Positions 38,858-49,399 of a stretch of 64,000 bases of DNA are shown piece by piece; within the stretch, counting starts at the first letter, position 1, and each line of letters opens with the position of its first letter. Source of the DNA: a candidate division WWE3 bacterium (GTDB lineage Bacteria; Patescibacteriota; WWE3; UBA101185; UBA10185); assembly GCA_052035175.1 (NCBI GenBank), contig JBPOHV010000001.1, positions 523,338 through 587,337 on the forward strand. Direction: 5' to 3'. Position numbers and translations under genes: made by a program. The notes beneath the pieces were generated by a model. It saw nothing but the letters and a program-made list of their open reading frames with translations. It was not told the origin of the DNA and searched no databases.

Positions 38858-39370
38858 TTGAATAAAAAACAACTAACAACATTATTAACTATTCTAGGCT
38901 TATTTGCTGCAACTTATGTAGTTTTAAACTACAAAAATATGCCTAATATCGGCTTGACCAAACCTACACCAAATACTGATACAACAGTTGGCATGTCAAA
39001 AGAACCCAAAATGATGGAGCAATCTTACAAGTTTATGTTGGATATGGCTGCAATGCCAGAAAACACAACTAAATTTAAGCAAACAGGTGAAGCCGTTATA
39101 ACTCAAAAAGCAGAAGGCGTAGAAGTAAAAATAAATGTTACAGGATACACGACAACAGAGTTACAACCCGCACATATCAAAATGGGAAACTGCCCCAGCA
39201 ATGGTGCTGTAATGTACCCACTAAACCCAGTCATAAACGGTGTTTCTCTAACAATACTTCCAGAGGCTAAGATCAGTGATATGAAAGGGCAATTACCATT
39301 GTCAATTAATATACACAAATCGGCTACAGAAGTAGCAATATTTACGACCTGTAGTGATTTGATGTTCTAA
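38858..39370 (+). CDS. Membrane-anchored protein, CHRD/Cu-Zn SOD-like C-terminus
   Basis: QPAHI..G.C, INIHKS, C.DL; TTG start after GAGGGG. Confidence 0.55.
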   Translation: MNKKQLTTLLTILGLFAATYVVLNYKNMPNIGLTKPTPNTDTTVGMSKEPKMMEQSYKFMLDMAAMPENTTKFKQTGEAVITQKAEGVEVKINVTGYTTTELQPAHIKMGNCPSNGAVMYPLNPVINGVSLTILPEAKISDMKGQLPLSINIHKSATEVAIFTTCSDLMF

Positions 39371-39378
39371 GTAAATTT

Positions 39379-39780
39379 ATGCTTAATCTAATTGTTGTAC
39401 CTACAATAGTAATACTTGCGATGGACGCTCTTTGGCTTGGAATAATTGCTAAGAAATTTTATTCTGCACAGTTGAAATCGATAATGCTGGGACAAACACA
39501 TCTTTTTTACGCTGCTATTTCATATTTTATGTTAATCACTGGATTGATAGCATACGCAATACTCCCAGCATTAGAAAAATCTTCTAAATCACATCCTTTT
39601 GTAGCTGGAGCTTTTTTGGGATTTATCATGTATGGTTTATACAACTTTACAAATCTTTCAACTGTAAAAGGGTGGTCGCTCAAAGTGGCAGTTGTTGATA
39701 CGCTCTGGGGAACTTTTTTGGGAGGTATGGGAGCATTCATAGCTTTTGTTTTGATTAAAATGTTTTTTGGTGGTATTTAA
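39379..39780 (+). CDS. DUF2177 family membrane protein
   Basis: D.LWLG, YG.YNFTN, VDTLWG. Confidence 0.85.
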   Translation: MLNLIVVPTIVILAMDALWLGIIAKKFYSAQLKSIMLGQTHLFYAAISYFMLITGLIAYAILPALEKSSKSHPFVAGAFLGFIMYGLYNFTNLSTVKGWSLKVAVVDTLWGTFLGGMGAFIAFVLIKMFFGGI

Positions 39781-39829
39781 ACTTGCGTCTAACGTTATCT
39801 GCAGATACAATGCAATGGCAGGCGGGCAA

Positions 39830-39906
39830 GGGCTCCTAGCTCAGTTGGTTAGAGCGTTGCATTCACATTGCAGAGGTCACAGGTTCGATCCCTGTGGGGC
39901 CCACCA
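39830..39906 (+). tRNA. tRNA-Val(CAC)
   Basis: TTGCA-TTCACAT-TGCAG, CCA. Confidence 0.93.
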
Positions 39907-39976
39907 TTTAATCTTCGTTTACTGATAATTTCGTATTTACTTCGTCTAATTGTTGTTATAATATTTATTCATTAAT

Positions 39977-40498
39977 ATGGACATAAACAAAGAGGACATA
40001 ATAAAAAGGGCTGAAAATACTATATCTTCAGATGGGTCAGTAGATGTCACTAAACTTACAAATGATTTAGGCATAGAAGTATACGAATATAACTTTGGCG
40101 ATGCATTAAGCGGAGCAGTTACAAAAAACCACAATGGTGACAAGTACTCTATTTTTGTAAGCGAAAATGACCCAATTACTAGACAAAGATTTTCTATAGC
40201 ACACGAGCTAGCTCACATGATATTACACAAAGACACACTTATTAACGAAGGTATTATGCACAGAAATAAATATGACAAAAGTAAAGCCGAAGAAGAAGCA
40301 AACAAATTGGCTGAAGAAATACTAATGCCCAAAAACTTAGTACAAAATTTTCTGAGCAGCTGCAATTTAGATAGCGATTCTACAATTACTTCTAAAGTTA
40401 TTGATGTCTTAGCGACTAAATTCAAAGTATCAAAGTATGTAGCAATAATTAGACTCAGAAACCTCAATTACAATGTACCCTACATCTACTACGCCTGA
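39977..40498 (+). CDS. ImmA/IrrE family metallopeptidase
   Basis: RQRFSIAHELAH, EEEANKLA.EILMP, FKVS. Confidence 0.9.
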   Translation: MDINKEDIIKRAENTISSDGSVDVTKLTNDLGIEVYEYNFGDALSGAVTKNHNGDKYSIFVSENDPITRQRFSIAHELAHMILHKDTLINEGIMHRNKYDKSKAEEEANKLAEEILMPKNLVQNFLSSCNLDSDSTITSKVIDVLATKFKVSKYVAIIRLRNLNYNVPYIYYA

Positions 40499-40826
40499 AG
40501 AACAAAAACTCCCCAAACCCGAAGATGTGACTAACACAGCAATGGGGGAAAGAAAAACCTTGGATGATCAGCTGGTCGATCAAAAGAAACTAGATAATTA
40601 TAGTAGAAGCAAACATTTACAAGACCAACTAACCAGCGTAATTTCGCACATTATTAACCCAGGAGTTTATATAATTAGCGCTTGTTTATTACTTTTTAGT
40701 ATTTATTTAATTTATTCTGGGGAATATGAAACAATTGTAAATTGGCTAGAACGTGGAGCAGCCTTTATAGTGGGCGGATTTATAGTACCAATAATAATTC
40801 CTTATATTAAAAAACAGGTAAGTTAG
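40473..40826 (+). CDS. Small 2-TM protein coupled to ImmA/IrrE gene
   Basis: Overlaps upstream gene; two C-terminal TM helices. Confidence 0.6.
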   Translation: MYPTSTTPEEQKLPKPEDVTNTAMGERKTLDDQLVDQKKLDNYSRSKHLQDQLTSVISHIINPGVYIISACLLLFSIYLIYSGEYETIVNWLERGAAFIVGGFIVPIIIPYIKKQVS

Positions 40827-40827
40827 A

Positions 40828-42546
40828 CTATATCAAATCTTCTATCGAAACTTCTTTGATTTCACGCAAACGATCTAGATGCGCATTGCGTAATTTTTTG
40901 TGCTTTTCTTCATCAAATTGAGCTTGAATAATCAATTCTGCTGCATAATGCGCGCCAAGGTAGTGAGGCATTATTACATGTGTAACTCCAGCTTTATATA
41001 AATCCTCAGCTTGTTTGAGAGTATCAGCTACTATAACCAGAACTGCTTTTTCGTTAACCGCACGGACTGTATGTACAATTAATTCATTAGTATCAAAATC
41101 TGGAATAGTAGAAACAACTATCTTAACTTCTGATAAAGGTAACTCTTGCAAAAATTCAATATCGTCAGCATCACCATATTCACACAAAATTCCTCGTTCT
41201 TGTAAACGCTGAACAGTAACCGGATTGAAATCAACGACTATAAAATTGCTGTTTGTTTGTTTAAAAGCGCGAGCGAATTCTGCACCTACACGTTTGTATC
41301 CAAACAAAAGAGCATCGTATACAACCAAGGGAGAACCTTTCTTTAATGTTTTTGCATTAAGAGAGTTTTTGCGAAATTCCAACTTTGATAAAAGAGGAGA
41401 AAAAAGTTTGAATAACTTCTCGGAATACGAAATGAGGTAAGTTGAAATAGCAATAGTGAGTATACCTACAAATGTAGTTATTGATGGAATGTTAATAGAA
41501 ATATGCCCAAGCTTGTAACCAAGAGTTATTAAAATAAGTGAAAATTCGCTGATTTGTGCAATACTAGTACCGGTAAAAAACCCAATGCGCTTGCTATACC
41601 CCATGAGATTCATTAAAACAAAGACTATAAGTGGTTTGATCAAAATCACAAATAAAGTGAAAACCAATGTAGGTACAATCAAAGCCTGCCAATTTGAAAG
41701 CACCATTTGATAACCCAATAAAATAAAAAATAAAATTATAAAGAAATCGCGCAAAGGTTTGAATCTAGATGATATTTCGTGAGAATAAGGTGTCATAGCC
41801 AAAGTCACGCCGGCAACCAACGCACCAATTTCTACAGATAACCCAAAGTAATGGTACAAAGCACTGATACCCATACCCCAAGCCAGAGACGACACAAACA
41901 GAAATTCTTGAGAACCGGCAATAAATTTGGTCAACCTGGGTAAGATAAAAGAAGAAATTGCCAAAAGCAACACAAGCATTATCAAACCTTTTGCCAAAAT
42001 AAAAAGTAAACTTAGCGTGATATTTGTACTATTGTGAGCTGTTCCTAGCGAAGCAATAACAACCAATAATATAGTAGCCATCAAATCTTGAACCAAAAGA
42101 AGACCGATAGCGATGCGACCATATAATTTGGTCAAATCACCTTTATCAGACAAAAGTTTCAAAATAATGATAGTGCTACTAAATGTAAAGGCAATAGAAA
42201 TGTATAAAGCCTCGGTTTTTCCAAAACCCAAAGATGTAGCTAAAAAGAATCCTAGTGCGGTTGTAATGGAAATCTGACCAAATCCTGCCAATAATGATAT
42301 CCCGCCAAGTTCTTTAAGAACTTTTGGGCTTAACCCCAAACCTACAACAAATAGTAATGCAGTAATTCCAAGCTGAGAAAATAGGGTAACAACCTCGGTA
42401 GAGCGTAGTATATTAAAAAAATATGGACCTACCAACAAACCAGTTACGATGTATCCAATTAAAAGCGGCTGGCGCAACAAACGCATAATTGCAGATACAA
42501 CTAATGTGGTAGCTAATATAAGACTAATTTCTGTAAAAACATCCAT
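40828..42546 (-). CDS. CPA2 cation:proton antiporter with TrkA-N domain (Kef-like)
   Basis: QPLLIGYI, LLVQD, QISEFS, GYKRVG..GDA. Confidence 0.9.
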   Translation of the reverse strand: MDVFTEISLILATTLVVSAIMRLLRQPLLIGYIVTGLLVGPYFFNILRSTEVVTLFSQLGITALLFVVGLGLSPKVLKELGGISLLAGFGQISITTALGFFLATSLGFGKTEALYISIAFTFSSTIIILKLLSDKGDLTKLYGRIAIGLLLVQDLMATILLVVIASLGTAHNSTNITLSLLFILAKGLIMLVLLLAISSFILPRLTKFIAGSQEFLFVSSLAWGMGISALYHYFGLSVEIGALVAGVTLAMTPYSHEISSRFKPLRDFFIILFFILLGYQMVLSNWQALIVPTLVFTLFVILIKPLIVFVLMNLMGYSKRIGFFTGTSIAQISEFSLILITLGYKLGHISINIPSITTFVGILTIAISTYLISYSEKLFKLFSPLLSKLEFRKNSLNAKTLKKGSPLVVYDALLFGYKRVGAEFARAFKQTNSNFIVVDFNPVTVQRLQERGILCEYGDADDIEFLQELPLSEVKIVVSTIPDFDTNELIVHTVRAVNEKAVLVIVADTLKQAEDLYKAGVTHVIMPHYLGAHYAAELIIQAQFDEEKHKKLRNAHLDRLREIKEVSIEDLI

Positions 42547-42586
42547 TTGAGCAGTTTACTTAATGATTAAATGTTAACATAAACAA

Positions 42587-43513
42587 TCAAAATATTTTGC
42601 CTAGTTCGTTTGAAATCAATTTTAAATTTTCAAATGTAGTGTTCTTTGACATTATACATACAATGTATTCGTGCTCACCATAAATAATTCCGCAATCGTG
42701 CCAACTGCCAGTGGTTCCCCAACTACCTATTTTATGTGCAAAATACAAACCTTCGCGCAAATCATTGCCTACACGATCGTCAAAAGATGTATGGCTCATA
42801 GTTTCTATCAAGTATTTTTTTGAATCCCGAGACAAAAACACTTCATCTTTATATATACCTTCATATAACGCAGCTTGTTCATACGGAGTAGATAAATTTT
42901 GAACAAAATATTTTGACTTCGCTGCATCAGGTAAAAATTGCTTAAACGCCTGCTCTACATCTTTTTTGGGAATTGTACGGGTAAGCATTATCTGTGCAGA
43001 ATTGTCTGATTGCTTTAATAAATATTCAAAAACTTGGTGAAGTTGAAATTTTGTCCCATATGCAAATGTATTAATTTTTCCTGTACCTCCAAAAAAGTCG
43101 TTTGATGTATATGTCAATTGTGTTGCCCACGTAAGCACTTTGCTGTCTACGGCTTTGGCTGTCGCCAAAGCCACCGGAGTTTTATACAAAGAAGCAGCAT
43201 AAAATTCTTCGGTTTCATTGTATTTGTAAACTTTATTATTTTCTAAATCTTTTACGTAAATACCAAAAGTACCTTTTTTAGACTTTGCAAAGTCAATTAC
43301 TTCAGTAAAATCTGCGGTCAGATCTTTTGAGACTTTGAAATTCATGTTTAACAAAGGCTCAAAAACTGAACTCATAGACAGCGAGCGCGAATTAAAAGCT
43401 GGCAAAACATCGGCTTGATTTTGACTTATTGCGTATTGAAATACCAATATAGACCCCAAAAAGAGAAAACTAATGATTGCGATAGTTGTTTTAGTAAAAG
43501 CATTTTTGGGCAT
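42587..43513 (-). CDS. Class A beta-lactamase-like serine hydrolase
   Basis: AASLYK, SDN, HKIG, HDCGII; N-terminal TM. Confidence 0.85.
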   Translation of the reverse strand: MPKNAFTKTTIAIISFLFLGSILVFQYAISQNQADVLPAFNSRSLSMSSVFEPLLNMNFKVSKDLTADFTEVIDFAKSKKGTFGIYVKDLENNKVYKYNETEEFYAASLYKTPVALATAKAVDSKVLTWATQLTYTSNDFFGGTGKINTFAYGTKFQLHQVFEYLLKQSDNSAQIMLTRTIPKKDVEQAFKQFLPDAAKSKYFVQNLSTPYEQAALYEGIYKDEVFLSRDSKKYLIETMSHTSFDDRVGNDLREGLYFAHKIGSWGTTGSWHDCGIIYGEHEYIVCIMSKNTTFENLKLISNELGKIF

Positions 43514-43596
43514 TATACTAATGATAATACAGTAATGGGTAGCATTTGGCACGCTGCTTTGATATTATTCACTTTGAACTCTAGAAACTTTATTGT

Positions 43597-43673
43597 GGGC
43601 TCGTAGCTCAGCTGGTTAGAGCGCTGCGTTTACATCGCAGAGGTCCTTGGTTCGATCCCATGCGAGCCCACCA
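43597..43673 (+). tRNA. tRNA-Val(TAC)
   Basis: CTGCG-TTTACAT-CGCAG, CCA. Confidence 0.94.
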
Positions 43674-43749
43674 TTTAATTTTTCAAAAAAAACATTAGGG
43701 TGGCCAACAATATACTTACCTCAGTAATCATCATATTGTTAACCACCCA

Positions 43750-43945
43750 TAAAAAAATCAATCCCCATAGATAAAGTTACCCAATCCTCTAGATTGGGTG
43801 CTCGGGAATCACTATGCTGCAGGCAATCTAGACTATTTGTAATGAACCCATTTTAAATAGTACTGGCCTACAGGGCTACAATCCGTCGGCTTATAGGCAC
43901 GCGATAACGCGTCCGTGCGGTGGGGATTTGTCTCTAGCAATCCTT
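43750..43945 (-). ncRNA. Unidentified structured RNA candidate
   Basis: GC-rich, ORF-free; closing stem AATCCCCA/TGGGGATT, four internal hairpins; TGCTATTAT upstream and T tract downstream on - strand. Confidence 0.45.
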
Positions 43946-43998
43946 ATTTGAATAATAGCATTGAAATGTTTATAAATTAAAAATACTTATACAACGAC

Positions 43999-44043
43999 AA
44001 AACCCCCTTCCGGGCAGAAAAACTGTCCCAGAAGGGGGTTTTT
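43999..44043. terminator. Intrinsic terminator hairpin
   Basis: AAAACCCCCTTC..GGG.CAG/CTG.CCC.GAAGGGGGTTTT. Confidence 0.75.
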
Positions 44044-44058
44044 GGTTTTGTCTTTTTC

Positions 44059-44691
44059 TTAAGGAGCGTAATACGCATCCTTAAGTGTAAAACAGGGGAG
44101 TCTGGGAGACTCGCCCTTTGGACCATCAAAAGAGATGGTCGGTACCTGTACTTTGATGGCTGGTTGCCCAGCCACATCGTACAGAGTGTAGGTCTGCAAC
44201 AGTGCAGACCCAGGTTTCAACGTGACATTCCCTATTGTCACGTTCTCACCAACAAGTGCGGCATTAATGCCGACATAGTTGGTTGAGGAATAGATCACAG
44301 TATCCTTGGTGTCCAACACCAAGACTTCAATACTGTAGTCAATTTGCCCATTGCTTGGGCAGCGATATTCCGCGGTTTGCGAAGCATCGCGAACCGACCC
44401 CAGGTACTTGCGTACCACAATCGTGTACCCTTGACTTAACAAGGAGTCGATTGTTTCGTTGGTCACCGGGACTGACGTGGTACTGTTAATGAAGGTAGTG
44501 CCTTCTGTACCAGCCTCCGGTGTTTCGGTCGGCGCGACCGCGGTAGCGGTTGCGCTTTGTGATTGCTGGGTTACGGTCGCAGATCCCGGGAGGGGATCCA
44601 CAAAAACCGGGCGGTTAATAAAAATCCAACCACCTGACGAAATCAGCACCAGCAAAATAATGGACCAAAAAAACCGAGTCGAGCGTTTCAT
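44059..44691 (-). CDS. Membrane-anchored hypothetical protein with Thr/Pro-rich linker
   Basis: AAGGAG SD, N-terminal TM, higher GC than neighbours. Confidence 0.7.
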   Translation of the reverse strand: MKRSTRFFWSIILLVLISSGGWIFINRPVFVDPLPGSATVTQQSQSATATAVAPTETPEAGTEGTTFINSTTSVPVTNETIDSLLSQGYTIVVRKYLGSVRDASQTAEYRCPSNGQIDYSIEVLVLDTKDTVIYSSTNYVGINAALVGENVTIGNVTLKPGSALLQTYTLYDVAGQPAIKVQVPTISFDGPKGESPRLPCFTLKDAYYAP

Positions 44692-44933
44692 TTTTTTCTC
44701 CTTTATGAGAAGTGCTTTTAGCTTATTGGGAAGCCCCACTAAGCTAAAAAACGATTTGTTTTGATAAGAACAATTATACTATAGGATAGACATTCCGTAA
44801 AGACCTTTGTGATATAAAAGATACTACTTTATATTATAGCTACGCCATTTGTTGACTATTTGAGTAAATCAACGTAACCTATAATTAATGCCACTTTTCA
44901 TCAAATTTTCACTTTTTAAGGGGGTGAAAATAT

Positions 44934-45917
44934 ATGAATAAATACACTTTTTTTGTGTTCTCTTTACTCTTAGCAGTAACTCTAGGCCCTACAGCATACG
45001 CAACAACAGACTGTACATTCACTACACTAGGCACAATAATGACTTTGGACAACGATTGTACAACTGATGAAACACTTGTAATACCAGATGGATACACCTT
45101 AACAGGTGACCATAATACTATTACAGCTGTTGACCCAGTCGGAGGACATTTCGAAGGCGCTGTTGTTATGAATGGTGGAACTACCGCATACATAGAACGC
45201 GTTATAGTCTCTGTAAGTGGGTTGGCTGATGTCTGTGATGCTGGTGCAGAAAGATTGAGAGGCATTATGTTTGAAGGTGCTTCAGGATCTATCCTATACA
45301 CTAGGGTAATTGGAGTTAATCAAGGACCAAGTGGTTGCCAAGAAGGTAACGCAATCGAAGTACGCAATGCTCCTTTTGATGGATCTCACCCAAACACAAT
45401 GACAGTAGAAGTAGCACATAACAGAGTCGAAGATTATCAAAAGACAGGTATTCTTGCTAATGGAGATGTAAACGTAAATGTACATCACAACACAATAGGT
45501 GCTTCTGCAACTCAAGCTAATCTAGCTGCAAATTCTTTGCAATTAGGGTTTGGCGCGCTAGGTAGTGTCATGAATAATGCTATTAAAGGTAATCAATGGC
45601 TAGGTGCGAGTGACTTTGCATCCACAGCTATGCTGATTTACGCTTCAGACGTAGTAGAAGTTGCATACAATGCAATTTCTGGTAATTCTGATGTAGGAAT
45701 GTATGTGATTACAAATGATAGTTCGTTCCATGACAATACTGTATACGACCTTGGACCTGATGCAGCACACGGCGATTATGGGATTTTTGATGATGGTACA
45801 GGAAACTCTTATGTTAATAACATAATAAGAGGGTTCGTCGTGCCATTTGAAAGTTCTATGTTGTTAGTAGAAACTTTGGCTCCTACAATATCACACAATG
45901 TGATGGCGTTTGAGTAA
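44934..45917 (+). CDS. Secreted right-handed parallel beta-helix protein
   Basis: Signal peptide; repeated N.I/V..N, YQKTGI motifs. Confidence 0.75.
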   Translation: MNKYTFFVFSLLLAVTLGPTAYATTDCTFTTLGTIMTLDNDCTTDETLVIPDGYTLTGDHNTITAVDPVGGHFEGAVVMNGGTTAYIERVIVSVSGLADVCDAGAERLRGIMFEGASGSILYTRVIGVNQGPSGCQEGNAIEVRNAPFDGSHPNTMTVEVAHNRVEDYQKTGILANGDVNVNVHHNTIGASATQANLAANSLQLGFGALGSVMNNAIKGNQWLGASDFASTAMLIYASDVVEVAYNAISGNSDVGMYVITNDSSFHDNTVYDLGPDAAHGDYGIFDDGTGNSYVNNIIRGFVVPFESSMLLVETLAPTISHNVMAFE

Positions 45918-45927
45918 GAGTACATAA

Positions 45928-45970
45928 CAGGCATAGCTACAACCCATCTGCAGGTGGGTTGAGCTGTCTG
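45928..45970. terminator. Hairpin between convergent genes
   Basis: AGCT.CAACCCATCT/AGGTGGGTTG.AGCT. Confidence 0.55.
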
Positions 45971-45975
45971 GTAGA

Positions 45976-46677
45976 TTATTTTTGTGGAGTAGAAACAGTG
46001 AATTTTTCAAAATAGATGCATTCTGGAGAAACTCCTTTTTCGCCAAGCATTCTATCGACATCAGCAATCATCATCGGATGCCCGCACAAATAGAAAGACG
46101 CGTCATTTGTATCTATCTCTGTCAAACAATCGGTAACTCTTTTTCCTTCGTCTGATTTGCAAACTACTACTTCAAAATCTTTAAAAATAGATTTTAGATC
46201 TTTGAGCTCTGACATATAAAAAAGCTCTTCGTCATTGCGAACTCCAAAATACAATCTTACGCAGCCATCATATTTGTCGTCGGCCAATTTATAAAAATGT
46301 GAAACAAATGGAGCTACTCCTGTGCCTGTTGCAAAAAAATATGTATTTTTCTTATATGGTTCACGCAGCCAAAATCTACCCGATGGGCCTATAAAATGTG
46401 CTTCGTCACCAATTGCAAGATTTCTTATAAAATCGGCTCCAGCGCCTGTATGCTCGGCTGAAACAAGGAGTTCTATCTTGGATGCATCTTTATAGTCTGA
46501 CGCTATAGAATAGCTTCTAAACGCTTTTTCTCCTACATTTAGTGATATAAACTGACCAGGCAAAAAAGTCATGGTATTTGGCTCTTTATGTGTGAACTCT
46601 ATGCGGTAAACGCGTGAACTGATCTTTTCTTTTTTTGTAAGAATAGATGTGTGCTTTTGAGGTAGTGGTATATTCAT
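45976..46677 (-). CDS. FAD/NAD(P)-binding oxidoreductase (FNR-like)
   Basis: FLPGQF, RSYSIAS, ATGTGVAP, YLCGHP.M, EKF. Confidence 0.9.
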   Translation of the reverse strand: MNIPLPQKHTSILTKKEKISSRVYRIEFTHKEPNTMTFLPGQFISLNVGEKAFRSYSIASDYKDASKIELLVSAEHTGAGADFIRNLAIGDEAHFIGPSGRFWLREPYKKNTYFFATGTGVAPFVSHFYKLADDKYDGCVRLYFGVRNDEELFYMSELKDLKSIFKDFEVVVCKSDEGKRVTDCLTEIDTNDASFYLCGHPMMIADVDRMLGEKGVSPECIYFEKFTVSTPQK

Positions 46678-46740
46678 GGGTTTATTCTAGCAGAAGATTT
46701 GTTTTATCAGAATGTTTTGTAGGGTATAATACCCCTGCGT

Positions 46741-46814
46741 TGGGGGATCGTCTAACGGTAGGACACCGGACTTTGAATCCGTGAATTGGGGTTCGATTCC
46801 CTGTCCCCCAGCCA
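46741..46814 (+). tRNA. tRNA-Gln(TTG)
   Basis: CGGA-CTTTGAA-TCCG, U1-A72, GCCA. Confidence 0.94.
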
Positions 46815-46846
46815 AAAAGAAATAGAACTCGGGTATAATAATCCCC

Positions 46847-47416
46847 ATGAAAACAATTGTAAGTATTTACGGCCCAACGTCAGTTGGAAAAACCACCACA
46901 GTAAAAGAACTAGAGAAACGTATAGGTACTGAAAAATGCACCAGAATATCTTTGGATAAGTACCTTAAAACTAAAAATGCGTCTATAGATAGATTAGCCT
47001 TCCTTAATTCTGACCCTGTAGATTGGGATCTCGTAGAATCACAAATATCAATGCCTGCAGGAAGTTTGGTGAAAAGACCAAAATATGATCATGATACTTA
47101 TACGAGAACAGGGATAGATGAAGAATATTCTTGTACTATTCAAGAATTGATCTTAATTGACGGTGCATGGCCTTATCATAAAGCTGATTTCAAAATACAA
47201 CTTAATTTAGATCCTAACATTCGATTTAGACGTTTAATTTTACGATATTTCAACGAATGGAATAAAAAGGGAGATGTGTGGGTAAAATTTGCGACAGAAA
47301 ATTGGGATCAATTGCCCGGAGTTTATCCAGGTATTAAAGCTGACCTTACACTAGATACATCAAATGCTCTAGATAAAAATATATCGAAGATACTGAGTCA
47401 TATTAATTACTGTTAA
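46847..47416 (+). CDS. Uridine kinase-like P-loop kinase
   Basis: GPTSVGKTT, ISLD.Y, P.YD, LIDG, R..R. Confidence 0.75.
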   Translation: MKTIVSIYGPTSVGKTTTVKELEKRIGTEKCTRISLDKYLKTKNASIDRLAFLNSDPVDWDLVESQISMPAGSLVKRPKYDHDTYTRTGIDEEYSCTIQELILIDGAWPYHKADFKIQLNLDPNIRFRRLILRYFNEWNKKGDVWVKFATENWDQLPGVYPGIKADLTLDTSNALDKNISKILSHINYC

Positions 47417-47512
47417 ACAATAGATATCTCATTATTACAACAATACAAAGAGAAATTTGCGTAAATCACCAAAAAGTTGCGCAATGACTTAAATAAGCAT
47501 AGAGTTCTACAT

Positions 47513-47911
47513 ATGAAAGGTTTTAAAACAAATATTGAAAGTATCACAAAAGAAAATACAAATTTTCGTAAAGTACTATATACAGGAAACCACAGCCAAT
47601 TGGTTCTTATGTGTCTACAACCAAATGAAGAAATAGGACTCGAAACTCATTTTGAAAATGATCAATTTTTCCGTTTTGAATCTGGTCAAGGTAAGTGTGT
47701 TATAGACGACAATGAATATACAGTCACTGACGGAGATGCAGTCATTGTTCCTGCAGGTGCAAAACATAATATTATCAACACGTCATCAACTGATAAACTT
47801 AACTTGTATACTATTTACAGCCCAGCTCATCATAAAGACGGTATACTTCGTGTAACAAAAGCTGAAGCTATCGAGAACAACGCAGAATTTGACGGTAAAA
47901 CGACAGAATAA
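47513..47911 (+). CDS. Cupin domain protein
   Basis: FRKVLYTG, EIGLETH..DQFF, PAG.KHN, YTIYSP. Confidence 0.9.
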   Translation: MKGFKTNIESITKENTNFRKVLYTGNHSQLVLMCLQPNEEIGLETHFENDQFFRFESGQGKCVIDDNEYTVTDGDAVIVPAGAKHNIINTSSTDKLNLYTIYSPAHHKDGILRVTKAEAIENNAEFDGKTTE

Positions 47912-47946
47912 CACGTTTATTCTAACTCCTGTATAATGAACCTGTA

Positions 47947-49275
47947 GTGAAAAAGAACCTTTTTATACTTCTTGCGATTGTCCTTTTGGGATTTTTTTTG
48001 AGATTTCATAATGTATCAAATAAAGAGCTGTGGTATGACGAAGCTTTTAGCGCAGAAATTGTAAGCAACTCTTATACAGAACTGTATAAATTATCTGCCT
48101 TAGATGTACATCCACCGTTATATTATTTTGTTCTAAAAACATTCACACTGTTTTTTGGAAATTCTGAAGTCGCGCTGCGCTTTCCGTCTATCATATTTGG
48201 AACCGCGCTTATAATATTGACGTATTATCTTGTGGTGTATATGACGGCAAATATAAACCGTGCTCTTTTTGCAGCAATAGTAATTGCAACAAATCCATTC
48301 TTGGTGATTTACTCTCGTGAAGCAAGGTCATACGCGATGCTAGCGTTTCTCACTGTTTTAGCATTTTTCTTGGTAATACGTGCGCTGAGGGAAAACAAAT
48401 ACTATGCGGTATCTGTAGTGTTACCTTTACTTTTTTTAACACACTATATTTCTGTTTTTGTCATCTTGATTTATGCAATTATGCTTTTGATTCATGATAA
48501 AAAGACTTTATTTTATTTACTTCCACTAGCTTTAATAATATTGTTCTGGATTCCTATAATTATAGGTAGTTCTAAATCAACTGGGTTGACATGGGTTCAA
48601 CAATTTTCGGTAATGCGTATTCCAGAAAGTATACATGCATTTTTATTGGGCACTGATACAAATCAACCCAAAATAGCCCCACCGTTAAATCCGTTCCCAA
48701 TAGATACTAACGCACTATCAATATGCATATTTATATTTATTGCTATTTTTATAGGCTTATCGAAACCTACAAAAGAAGCGCAACTTTTACTCTTGTGCGG
48801 AGTCATTCCGATCATTTTAGTTGCATTTACAAGTAAGTATTTAGGGTTTAATTTTTTTGTAGAAAGATTTATGACAGGATATGGTGCGTTGATGCTTATT
48901 TATTGTGTACTTATAATGCCCAAATTATATACGCTATTACCATATGTTGTGTTTTGTATATATCTAATACTTATGCTTAAGCCTATTAATATTGGATACA
49001 GAGAACTTGCAAAGTATAAATTTGATAAACCAATAGTAATGACCGACGCAGGTGATTATATAAATGCAAAATACTATGTCAAAGATATCAAACTAAACGA
49101 AGGAGATTGGCGACAATGGGTCATTATTCACCCTGATGATATTTATAACGAACAAGGTAAAGATAGAGATTTTTATTTGGTGAATAGGGGACCGTTGGAA
49201 GAATGGAAACCAGTAAAAGTGCTAGGTGAGTTTTATTTGTATAATTGGAATGTAGATCAAAAATTAACTCAATAG
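47947..49275 (+). CDS. GT39/PMT-like glycosyltransferase
   Basis: WYDEA, HPPLYY, LRFPS, YSREARSY. Confidence 0.88.
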   Translation: MKKNLFILLAIVLLGFFLRFHNVSNKELWYDEAFSAEIVSNSYTELYKLSALDVHPPLYYFVLKTFTLFFGNSEVALRFPSIIFGTALIILTYYLVVYMTANINRALFAAIVIATNPFLVIYSREARSYAMLAFLTVLAFFLVIRALRENKYYAVSVVLPLLFLTHYISVFVILIYAIMLLIHDKKTLFYLLPLALIILFWIPIIIGSSKSTGLTWVQQFSVMRIPESIHAFLLGTDTNQPKIAPPLNPFPIDTNALSICIFIFIAIFIGLSKPTKEAQLLLLCGVIPIILVAFTSKYLGFNFFVERFMTGYGALMLIYCVLIMPKLYTLLPYVVFCIYLILMLKPINIGYRELAKYKFDKPIVMTDAGDYINAKYYVKDIKLNEGDWRQWVIIHPDDIYNEQGKDRDFYLVNRGPLEEWKPVKVLGEFYLYNWNVDQKLTQ

Positions 49276-49399
49276 GTATATAATAGCAATCAATATGGAA
49301 CCACAATCACGATATAAAACTGGTCTGATAAAATACATCTATGGGTTACATGACTGAATTAAATACACTAGTAGGCCTAACTAAAAAATTTGAAAAGAG

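Noticed and set aside
39890-43680. Integrated island between the two tRNA-Val genes (shared GCCCACCATTTAAT)
   Set aside because: Both tRNAs are complete with different anticodons, there is no integrase, and the similarity is mostly expected between isoacceptors
43875-43900. RNase P RNA (ACA...CGGCTTAT resembles its 3' conserved region)
   Set aside because: No GAGGAAAGTCC-type 5' partner for P4 on that strand
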